Below the pieces are notes generated by a model. The model had not been told where the DNA came from and did not search any database. It was given only the letters and a program-made list of their open reading frames with translations. A stretch of 64,000 bases of DNA from Candidatus Cloacimonadales bacterium (GTDB lineage Bacteria > Cloacimonadota > Cloacimonadia > Cloacimonadales > JAIOQZ01). The stretch is taken from the NCBI GenBank assembly GCA_963674825.1, contig OY771587.1, positions 1,664,001 through 1,728,000 on the forward strand. Direction: 5' to 3'. Both the position numbers and the translations under genes were made by a program. Within the stretch, counting starts at the first letter, position 1. Each line of letters begins with the position of its first letter. Below, in pieces: positions 39,243 to 47,924 of this stretch.

Positions 39243-39275
39243 GTGCATCGCATGGCGAAAAACCACGCGATGCAC
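39243..39275. repeat. Intergenic hairpin between the two saccharopine genes
   Basis: GTGCATCGC-A-TGG ... CCA-C-GCGATGCAC. Confidence 0.6.
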
Positions 39276-39305
39276 CCTGTTCAGAAACTATATTGAGCGA
39301 ATCGA

Positions 39306-40628
39306 TCAATCATAAAATCGTTCGATCACCTTGATATCCAGATTGCCGAGTTCTTCCAGAACTGGAAGGTAGACTTCCGGCATTACGGGCATATGGACGC
39401 CCGGGACGAAGAACTTTCCTTCGAGAATGTAGCGCACCGCGATTGCTGCCGGAAGGGAGACTGTGCGGGACATGGAGCTGTCGCCGTTCTCGATACCGGT
39501 ATCGATCATCGTAGAGGTAATGCGCTGTTCTTTATCGCCAAATGCGGCCACGAATTCGTGGTGGAGCACCAGTAGATCGCGTTCGCCCTTATCGTAAGAC
39601 ATCTTTTCAAGCATCAGCGCGGTGAGAACATCAACCGCCGAGCCTTCTTTAATCGGCATCGGAGTATCGCCGATGATTCCGAGCCATTCGAATTTCTTCA
39701 GGATAACGCTGTTTTCGAGGATACCGTAGCGCTTGACGATTTCTTCTTTGAGGCATGCGTCTTTCGATGCGCCGAGGACTTTCTCGAGCACGAATTCCTG
39801 AACGGTGCCGCTCAGGTTGTTATAATAATCGTCATCGTTGAAGAATCCCATCTGCGAAAGGATGAACCATGTGTCGCAATGACTGACGTTACGCAGGGTA
39901 CCACGGTACATGGTGCGGACGTCTTTGAGACTGTAGAGGTCAATATAAGGAAGGGAATCGCGATTGACATACGCTTCGAACGTGCCGGCTCCCTCGACAT
40001 CGAGGAACCAGTAGTGGCTGAAGAGGTTCTTGCCGGGGACTTCGATAATCTTGCCGTCTTTCATATAACGTGCATTATTACCGGCAGCCTTGAGAACGCC
40101 CTTGGGCGCCCAGCTGAATTTGTATCCCCAGGGATTGGTGTTGTCTTGGTGTGCGGGAAGTCCGCCACAGTAGGACATGAAGGATACGATCTTGCCGCCC
40201 TTTTCTTCCACTTCGTGGAAAATCTTCATCGCGGACATGTGGTCGATGCCGGGATCCACGCCGATTTCGTTCAGGATCATAATGCCGGCTTCTTTTGCAG
40301 CGGCATCCAGTTCGCGCATCTGAGGGCTGATATACGAAGTAGTCACCATATTGGTCTTGAGTTCGATACACTTCTTCGCAACTTCCACGTGCAGTGTGGC
40401 AGGCAGAAGACTCACTACCAGATCACTTTCCTTGATCAGATCTGCCATCTGTTCCATGTCATTCGCAACAAATTGAATTGCAGTAGCCTTCTCGTGTGGT
40501 GCAGCCAGTTTTTCCGCTTTAGAAAGGGTTCTGCTTGCGATCACGACTTCAAAACCGTTTTTCGCGAGGTAATCGACCATAGGCTTTACGACCAGACCCG
40601 CTCCAAAAATGGTTACTTTCTTTGCCAT
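39306..40628 (-). CDS. Saccharopine dehydrogenase (glutamate-forming; Lys9/AASS-SDH-like)
   Basis: FGAGLV, NEIGVDPGIDHMSA, SYCGGLP, NPWGYKFSW.P, RGTLR and MSRTV..PAAI; start at ATG 40628 after GGAGG. Confidence 0.92.
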   Translation of the reverse strand: MAKKVTIFGAGLVVKPMVDYLAKNGFEVVIASRTLSKAEKLAAPHEKATAIQFVANDMEQMADLIKESDLVVSLLPATLHVEVAKKCIELKTNMVTTSYISPQMRELDAAAKEAGIMILNEIGVDPGIDHMSAMKIFHEVEEKGGKIVSFMSYCGGLPAHQDNTNPWGYKFSWAPKGVLKAAGNNARYMKDGKIIEVPGKNLFSHYWFLDVEGAGTFEAYVNRDSLPYIDLYSLKDVRTMYRGTLRNVSHCDTWFILSQMGFFNDDDYYNNLSGTVQEFVLEKVLGASKDACLKEEIVKRYGILENSVILKKFEWLGIIGDTPMPIKEGSAVDVLTALMLEKMSYDKGERDLLVLHHEFVAAFGDKEQRITSTMIDTGIENGDSSMSRTVSLPAAIAVRYILEGKFFVPGVHMPVMPEVYLPVLEELGNLDIKVIERFYD

Positions 40629-40901
40629 CGGTATCCTCCGTTCCGGGTAGATTTTACGATTTGCCGATGAGGAGCATAAGTCCATGCCGCATCGGGAAAT
40701 CGCTTGTCTTCACAATTTCCGGATTTTGGCTTTCAAACACCGCCGGTATTTGAATCCGGTAACTGTTTTGGTTGCACAGTTTGGTGTTCGCTTTTTACGT
40801 GTCAACCATTATCGAAAAAAAGACGGATTTTATCGAAGGTAAAAGTTGGAATTCTTTTGGGTTATGGTTAGGAATAGGGATAATTTATCATCAACACGCG
40901 G

Positions 40902-41951
40902 CTACTGGGCCATTTCCTTTTTGGGTGTCTTCAGCCCCGTCTCGAGCTTGTTTCGCACTTCTCGCTTTACCCGGGCTGCAAGCTTCATATCGTGATCCTT
41001 CAGGAACTTCTCCACAGCAGGGCGATCGTATTTGATCATCTTTCTGAGTACCCACGACAGCGCTTTGACGATCATGTCCTCATGATCCTCGACCATCATC
41101 TTACTGAATCGAAGCATCCGCTTAACATCACCATTGAGGTATATTGTACTCACCAATGCTACACGTCTGCGCCAGAAATCGCTCGACTTCGCCCAAGTCA
41201 GAAGCATCGAATCGGGGATTCGACGGTTCAGCCATGCCGGACCTACGATGTACTGAGCGTAGGTATCTGCAGCAGCCCAGTCGTCTATTCCTTTACCAAG
41301 GCGTTCAACCAGGCCGGGCTCGATTGTCTTCATCGAACTTTTATGATGGTGAATCAGCTCGTAGGCAAAGTTCCGTAGATTGTATTCGAACAGCAAGATG
41401 GCACCAAGGCTCGATAGCTTTTCCGCCGGTACATCCTTCCATATTTTCGTGTAATACTTGCGTATCTCACGTATGCTTTGCATATAACCGTCACTGAGAA
41501 GTTCCAAGTGTCGGGCGATTGTTCCTGCCTGGATTTTAGGTTCAAAGCTAACTTCCAGCTTCTTCAGCTTGAAGCGATCGCGATTTTCCGGGGTATCGTA
41601 GTAGAGATGCCAATGCTTGACTTTATTGCCTTCGACTTCGCAAAACCATATCAGAGATTGCTTGAACTCGCGATCTTCGGGAATACCTGTATGAGAGCCG
41701 GTCGTTCTGCCAATAATGATTACCTGATCACCGTTATGATAGATTTCCGAGACATAAATATGATATGCTGGCCAGTGCTCCATGTAGAATTTCCACCAAC
41801 TGACTAATGTATCATGCCGGTAAATTTCTTCGAGATCGATATCGACGAAGAGATGGTCGTCGGTCATCATTCGAGTAATTGTATCAAGATTATTTTCGTT
41901 GATTGCGGTGATGTAATCGAGAGCCGTTCGTACTGGTTTCGTGACTTTCAT
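40902..41951 (-). CDS. SnoaL/NTF2-like domain fused to AlkD-like DNA alkylation repair domain
   Basis: N-terminal YI.AIN..N..I..MMTDDH.FVD..W..Y..WP.Y.I (SnoaL). C-terminal DDWAAAD, W..S.DFWRRR and D.EDMIVKALSWVLR..REV (AlkD). Confidence 0.8.
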   Translation of the reverse strand: MKVTKPVRTALDYITAINENNLDTITRMMTDDHLFVDIDLEEIYRHDTLVSWWKFYMEHWPAYHIYVSEIYHNGDQVIIIGRTTGSHTGIPEDREFKQSLIWFCEVEGNKVKHWHLYYDTPENRDRFKLKKLEVSFEPKIQAGTIARHLELLSDGYMQSIREIRKYYTKIWKDVPAEKLSSLGAILLFEYNLRNFAYELIHHHKSSMKTIEPGLVERLGKGIDDWAAADTYAQYIVGPAWLNRRIPDSMLLTWAKSSDFWRRRVALVSTIYLNGDVKRMLRFSKMMVEDHEDMIVKALSWVLRKMIKYDRPAVEKFLKDHDMKLAARVKREVRNKLETGLKTPKKEMAQ

Positions 41952-42127
41952 TCAGGTTTCCTTGCTGGAGTTTGTGACTAACACCCTTATCTTAAAGACA
42001 TGATACACTGTTTCTGGAATAAGTCAAGGGAAAGATTATTGTATCTTACGAAAAGAAACGTTGCGGCTATATATAAAGACAGCCGCAAGTTATGCCTTAA
42101 TAATGATTCATGTTCATCGCATCATTG

Positions 42128-43201
42128 TCAGTTATTTGCGCCGATGAAATGGATGTCCCAGAGACCGCCTTCGGTGCCGTAGCTCACCTGATTCCAGTTG
42201 GTACCGCCGTCGGTTGTATGCAGCATGATTCCTGTGCAGGGAGGAAACTGCTCCATGCCGCAGATCCAGGCGTCATTTTCATTGAATGCGCAGATTCGCA
42301 GCATGTAGTATCCCGAAGCATCGGAAACCTGCGACGTCCAGTTCTCGCCGTTATCGGTGGTTTTATTGATGTTGCCGTAATCGGATACGATCCAGACAGT
42401 GTTTTCATCTACTACTACGACGCCGTTTACATCGAAGATCACTTCACCGAATGGGCATTTTCGCTCCCAGGTTGTTCCACCGTCGATGGTCCGAAGAGAT
42501 GTCGCGTGACCAGCGATCCATGCGACATCTGCATTGAGGACGCTCATGGAGATGAGGTAATCTTCACTCACCATCGTCGTGTCGCTTTCGCAGACCCAGC
42601 TTGAACCGCCGTTGGTTGAGTGCAGGATCATGCCGTCGCCACTCGCAGTTGCTCCGCAGATCCAGATGTTGTCGTAATCGACTGCGACGATATCGCTGAG
42701 AATGCACATGCTGTAGTCCGGGTCAGAGCGATCATTCCAGGTCTCGCCGCCATCGTTGGAGACGAGTATGGTGCCTTCACTGCCTGCGACCCAAAGGGTG
42801 CTGTAGTCGAGTGGGCTTACTGCGCTGAGCTCGACATCAGGAAGCGCTCTGGAAGCACCGAGGTTGGTCCAGGAAGTACCGCCGTCAGTTGTCTTGAGGA
42901 TAACGGCGTGGCCATCCGCATTGCCGCCGACGACCCACACGTTCAGGGTGTCGATAGCCCGTACTTGATGTAGCGAGACATTCGGAATGGAGAGAGAATC
43001 CCCCTGACGAATCCATGTATCACCGCCATCGGTGGTGTGGACAATCGTGCCGTAGCCGTCAGTTTGGTCGCCCACGGCCCAGCCGTACAGGGTCGGATCG
43101 AAGTTTTCAGCGCCGTCATCGTTGCCGGTCGAGCTGTCGGAGCAAGATACGATCATTGCGATCAAAGCGAAAAAGAGTAGTGCTGATATGGTTGTTTTCA
43201 T
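42128..43201 (-). CDS. YCF48/BNR-repeat beta-propeller lipoprotein
   Basis: Lipobox IVSC; repeated TTDGG.TW (BNR/Asp-box) motifs. Confidence 0.85.
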   Translation of the reverse strand: MKTTISALLFFALIAMIVSCSDSSTGNDDGAENFDPTLYGWAVGDQTDGYGTIVHTTDGGDTWIRQGDSLSIPNVSLHQVRAIDTLNVWVVGGNADGHAVILKTTDGGTSWTNLGASRALPDVELSAVSPLDYSTLWVAGSEGTILVSNDGGETWNDRSDPDYSMCILSDIVAVDYDNIWICGATASGDGMILHSTNGGSSWVCESDTTMVSEDYLISMSVLNADVAWIAGHATSLRTIDGGTTWERKCPFGEVIFDVNGVVVVDENTVWIVSDYGNINKTTDNGENWTSQVSDASGYYMLRICAFNENDAWICGMEQFPPCTGIMLHTTDGGTNWNQVSYGTEGGLWDIHFIGANN

Positions 43202-43409
43202 AGATATCCCCCTCGTAATCCGGTTTTTTGCACCTGGTTTCAATGGAAATCGATATTCGCGCAGAAGCTATCTCATATAAAAAATATGGTCGAATCATAC
43301 CGAACGGGTAGTGAAAAATTAAACCTTGCCAAGCAATTGCCATTGGATAGTATTTGGCAAAGGGCAACTGTCCTTATACGTAAATAATAGTGTTTTATGG
43401 AGGTAGGTG

Positions 43410-46298
43410 ATGCACAGAAAATTGCTGTTCTTTTTATTCATACTGATTTTCACCGCTACATTGTTCGCACGTCCAGCTTACGATATGAGTATGTATCGCA
43501 GTGTTCTGGATGATATACATTCCCGTGCCGATTCCGCGCACGGATTCGACGTCCTCTCATACGACGTAACAATCGATATCGATCAGCAGGAAGAGTACAT
43601 TGAAGGCATCGTCCTGGCTACGATCGACGCCGAAGAAAACCTTACCCAGATTACTTTCGAGCTGGAAGAGCTTACAGTCGATGAAGTGCTGGTCAACGGC
43701 GAAAGCACGACGTTTACCCATGATAACGGCGAAATCGATATTGCATTGACCGACATCGAGTCCGGCGACGAATTCGTGGTGCAAGTAAGCTATTACGGCT
43801 ATCCGCAGCTCAGTAACGATGTTTATCACATCGGTATGATCTTCAGTGGTTCCTATGTGTTCACGCTGTCCGACCCCAGCGGTTTGCGCTGGTGGATGCC
43901 ATCGTACGATCATCCGTGGGAAAAGGCAGAATACGATTTTCATATCACCATGCGTGATGATTGGCTGGTTGCCTGTAACGGCATTCGTACCAGTATCGAA
44001 GACAACGGTGATGGTACTCGCACCCATAACTGGGACGGCTCCTCACCTATGGCGGGGCATCTGGCTTGCATTACTGCCGCTAATTACCAGGAACTCAATG
44101 ACAACTATGGCGATCTTCCCATCCAGAACTTCGCCACCGCTTCTCTGTACGACGAAGCCGAAGAGGATTTCTCCAACCTGCCTTACATGATCGAGGTTTA
44201 CGAGAGTGTTTACGGAGAATATCCTTTCGAAAAATATGGCAACACCATCGTTCCCATGCAGACTTTCGGCGCTATGGAACATCAGACTATGACTACAATG
44301 GGAAGCAGCTTCATCGACGGAAACCACGGCGGCGAAATCACGATCGCACATGAGCTTTCCCATCAGTGGTTCGGAAACTGCGTCACACCGCTTACCTTCG
44401 ATCACGTGTGGCTCTCCGAAGGTTTTGCAGTCCTCTCGGAAGCGATCTACATGGAACACTGGCAGGGTTTCGACGCGATGGTTAATTATGTGGATACCAG
44501 CATCCATGGATACTATATCAACTGGGCCAATTCCAACGGTGCGCGCACCATCTATGCGCCTCCTTACAACGAAACCTTCTCACCGCCGGTCTATGAAAAG
44601 GCCGCGTCCGTGCTGCATATGCTCAGATTGATCATGGGTGACGACGCCTTCTTCACGGCTGTTCAGACCTATTTCCAGACCTATCACAACGGCTGGGCAG
44701 TCACTGATGAGCTGCGCGCGATAATGGAAAGCGAATCTGGCCTTGATCTTGGTCAATTCTTCGAGCAGTGGATTTACTCCCCAGGACTCCCTTCAACCGA
44801 GTACGCGCTTTTCTTCGCAGGGATCGGCTCCTACAGTCCGCAGATGCTTTCCGTTGTGGAAACGACATCCAATACCGACACCGATTTTCATATACAGATA
44901 CCCATCCATGTGCAGTGGGAAGAGCATTACGACTCGCTGCTGGTCAATGCGAATCCCGGCACACCGGCTATTCAGGTCAGCGACTTGACCGGCATTGGCG
45001 ATTTCGAAGCGCAGATGGACCCGCATCACTGGGTGATCACCCGTAGCAACACCGCACATGAAATGAACCTTATCGACGCCTCCGCCACCGATGGCGAGGT
45101 GATCGTCTTTTGGGAAGCGTTCTGGGAAGATGCGCAGGTCGATGGTTACAACATCTATCGTTCCGATCAACCCGACGAGGGTTTCGTGCTGCTCAATGAC
45201 GAGCCCGTTTCTGGTGTGACTTATGCCGATGATGCCGTAAACAACGGACAGACATACTACTACTACGTAACCGCGGTAAAAGACGGATTCGAGTCGCTTT
45301 CTTCCGATTCGATGGAAGCTACTCCGATCGATTTCCCCATGGATCAGGGTGTACTGGTCGTGGATGAGACACGCAATGGCTCCGGTACTGTTGGGAATCC
45401 TGACGATTACCAGGTCGATTCCTTCTACAACACCGTGATCAACAACAATTTCACCACCCACGATCTCGATTCCGACGGCGATCTCCAGATCATCGAGATA
45501 CGCAATTATTCGACTATCATCTGGCACGACGACGATGTGACTGAGCAGAATATCGGTGATTACGAAGGTGTTCTAACCAGCTATCTACTGGCGGGTGGCA
45601 ATCTTGTAATAAGCGGATGGAAAACGGCTTCCGAGCTTTCGGAATCGTTCTGTGAGACCTTCCTTGGTACGTCGGATATCACGTTTTCATCTACTTCAGA
45701 TTTCTCCAGTGCAGTATCAGGCAATTACCCCGGCTTGAATGTCGATGAAGACAAGGTGCTTTCCGTCTGGAACGGTATGCTGCCATATGTGAGTGTGTTC
45801 GGAAACAATGAAGCTGCGATATACAGCTTCCACAGCGATATCAACAGCAACCAGGAAGGGCTGCCCTGCGCGATCAAGTTGCAACCAAACGGCACCGTCT
45901 ATTTCCTCGGTTTTCCGCTTTATTACATGCTGCAAGAACAGGCCGAACTGCTCTGTAATCAGATACTGACAGAACTAGGCGAGACGGTTAGCATTGAGCC
46001 GGAACTACCGCAGCAGCCGATGATTCAGTTGTCGGTGTTCCCCAATCCTGCTCAGGCGACAGATGGACTCTCCATCAGCTTCTCTCTACCGCAACAGGAA
46101 AAGATCGATGCCGCGATTTACAACATTCGCGGACAGTTGGTTGCGAAAGTATCGTCAGGTGTCTTCACGGAAGGCATCCACAGCCTCTATTGGGATGGTA
46201 TGGACGATCAGCACCGGCTGGTTTCCAGCGGTGTTTATTTCCTGAGACTGGAGACTCCAAGCCAGAGTATGACGCGCAAGGTGTTGATTCTTCGCTAA
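43410..46298 (+). CDS. Secreted M1 family aminopeptidase with FN3 domain and FlgD-Ig/Por-type C-terminal tail
   Basis: GAMEH, HELSHQW..E (HExxH-x18-E), VYEKAA.VLHML and VFPNP..YNIRGQLV..WDG..SSGVYF; GGAGG RBS. Confidence 0.92.
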   Translation: MHRKLLFFLFILIFTATLFARPAYDMSMYRSVLDDIHSRADSAHGFDVLSYDVTIDIDQQEEYIEGIVLATIDAEENLTQITFELEELTVDEVLVNGESTTFTHDNGEIDIALTDIESGDEFVVQVSYYGYPQLSNDVYHIGMIFSGSYVFTLSDPSGLRWWMPSYDHPWEKAEYDFHITMRDDWLVACNGIRTSIEDNGDGTRTHNWDGSSPMAGHLACITAANYQELNDNYGDLPIQNFATASLYDEAEEDFSNLPYMIEVYESVYGEYPFEKYGNTIVPMQTFGAMEHQTMTTMGSSFIDGNHGGEITIAHELSHQWFGNCVTPLTFDHVWLSEGFAVLSEAIYMEHWQGFDAMVNYVDTSIHGYYINWANSNGARTIYAPPYNETFSPPVYEKAASVLHMLRLIMGDDAFFTAVQTYFQTYHNGWAVTDELRAIMESESGLDLGQFFEQWIYSPGLPSTEYALFFAGIGSYSPQMLSVVETTSNTDTDFHIQIPIHVQWEEHYDSLLVNANPGTPAIQVSDLTGIGDFEAQMDPHHWVITRSNTAHEMNLIDASATDGEVIVFWEAFWEDAQVDGYNIYRSDQPDEGFVLLNDEPVSGVTYADDAVNNGQTYYYYVTAVKDGFESLSSDSMEATPIDFPMDQGVLVVDETRNGSGTVGNPDDYQVDSFYNTVINNNFTTHDLDSDGDLQIIEIRNYSTIIWHDDDVTEQNIGDYEGVLTSYLLAGGNLVISGWKTASELSESFCETFLGTSDITFSSTSDFSSAVSGNYPGLNVDEDKVLSVWNGMLPYVSVFGNNEAAIYSFHSDINSNQEGLPCAIKLQPNGTVYFLGFPLYYMLQEQAELLCNQILTELGETVSIEPELPQQPMIQLSVFPNPAQATDGLSISFSLPQQEKIDAAIYNIRGQLVAKVSSGVFTEGIHSLYWDGMDDQHRLVSSGVYFLRLETPSQSMTRKVLILR

Positions 46299-46301
46299 TC
46301 G

Positions 46302-46979
46302 ATGCGCAAACTCATCTTTCTGGGCTTCCTGGTACTCACAGTCGCGCTCAACAGCGCTGATCTGGTCGGGTTCGAGATGCTCAAGCTGGAAAAGCACGGG
46401 CTACAGGATCACTATTCGGCGCCTGAAGATATTTCATGGCAATACATTACACTTATAACAGATTTGAGTGATTTATACCGCGAGGATGTCGAGAATCCGC
46501 GCCACGCTTTTTTCAATCGATTCTGTGAAGTGCTTAAACCCCGCTACGCCACTGGCCGTCGAGCAGATTTGCTATCGCGTGATCTGGTGGATGGTCAGTA
46601 CGATTGCAGTACGCTTTCGACCATGTTTCTCGACGCGCTTTTCATGGCTTCGGGTAAGTTGCTGGAATTTGCGGTTACCGAGCACCATGTGCTGCTCACC
46701 GATGGCGAATACGATTACGACCCGATGAGGCGTAAGATAACACCGGTTTCCGGGCGAACGGAAGAGGTTCAGGTGGGTGTCGATCCATTGAGCCTTACCT
46801 GCCGCACGATTGCACTGTTGTACATCGAACTGGCCGGGATGCCATCGAACGCGTCCCATCGCGGTGCGTTTCTTACAGTCGCGCAGAGCTGGTTTGAAGC
46901 AGGTTTGAACTACGATACGCCGGATTTTATGATCCAGCGCGAATACGATGATTTTCTGGCCGAACAGGCAAAGGAGTGA
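46302..46979 (+). CDS. Hypothetical exported protein, possibly transglutaminase-like fold
   Basis: Signal peptide; the spacing of GQYDCSTLS..F..TEHHV...YD.D suggests a Cys-His-Asp triad. Confidence 0.55.
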   Translation: MRKLIFLGFLVLTVALNSADLVGFEMLKLEKHGLQDHYSAPEDISWQYITLITDLSDLYREDVENPRHAFFNRFCEVLKPRYATGRRADLLSRDLVDGQYDCSTLSTMFLDALFMASGKLLEFAVTEHHVLLTDGEYDYDPMRRKITPVSGRTEEVQVGVDPLSLTCRTIALLYIELAGMPSNASHRGAFLTVAQSWFEAGLNYDTPDFMIQREYDDFLAEQAKE

Positions 46980-46981
46980 CC

Positions 46982-47923
46982 ATGCGAAGACTTTCCATAC
47001 TTGTTCTCATACTTGCACTTTTCATATGCGCAGCGGAACACAAAGAGTACAAGCTTGGCACCGGTAGCGAGACCGGTGTATATTTTCAGCTTGGCAAGGG
47101 GCTTGCTGGCCTGTCGTCGAATGTGGTGATCAAACCGGTCATCTCTGAGGGTTCCGTGGAAAATATCAACATGGTGCTCAAGGGTGAGTTCGGATTCGGG
47201 ATTGCCCAGTCGGATCGGCAATATCAGGCATACTACGGGTTTGAGGATTGGCAGGAAGCCGGAGAACAGAAATCACTGCGATCCATTTGCTCCTTCTATC
47301 CGGAGACAGTCACGCTGATGGCATCGGAAGCAAGTGGAATTGTATCGGTCTATGACCTCAAGGACAAACGCATCAGCCTTGGCGAAAAAGGTTCAGGCCA
47401 GCATCAAAACGCGCTCGATGTGCTGAGCATCATCGGTTGCGACCTCTCGGATATCCAGCCGCGATTCCTCAGTCCGCAGGAAGCGAGTAAAGCGCTTGAG
47501 GATGGGAAGATTGACGCATTTTTTTATACCATTGGCCACCCGAATAACCTTGTGCAGCAGATAACTGAAAGCAAGACGAAGATGCGGTTTATCCCCATCG
47601 TGGGTTACGACGCCGAAAAGCTGCTGATGGATTATCCTTATTACTCGGAAGCGGATATTCCCGCCGGTTTGTATCCTGAAGCGCTCAATAAAGAAAGCGT
47701 GCAAAGCATTGGTGTTCGTGCTACGCTGGTGACTTCGGCGGATGTTCCGAATGAGGTTGTGAAGCAGTTTACCAAAAGCATTTTCGAGAACTTCGATCAG
47801 CTCAAGAAAATCCACCCGGCACTGCAAGATCTTACGAAAGAGGAGATGTTTCAAGCGCTTTCAGCACCGATGCACGATGGAGCGATGGAGTATTATCGCG
47901 AAGTTGATCTCAAACTGGAATAG
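46982..47923 (+). CDS. TAXI family TRAP transporter solute-binding protein
   Basis: LGTGSETGVYF, SEGSVENI, GIAQSD, FYPE, LKDKRISLG..GSG and PMHDGA..YY.E; AAGGAG RBS. Confidence 0.92.
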   Translation: MRRLSILVLILALFICAAEHKEYKLGTGSETGVYFQLGKGLAGLSSNVVIKPVISEGSVENINMVLKGEFGFGIAQSDRQYQAYYGFEDWQEAGEQKSLRSICSFYPETVTLMASEASGIVSVYDLKDKRISLGEKGSGQHQNALDVLSIIGCDLSDIQPRFLSPQEASKALEDGKIDAFFYTIGHPNNLVQQITESKTKMRFIPIVGYDAEKLLMDYPYYSEADIPAGLYPEALNKESVQSIGVRATLVTSADVPNEVVKQFTKSIFENFDQLKKIHPALQDLTKEEMFQALSAPMHDGAMEYYREVDLKLE

Positions 47924-47924
47924 A

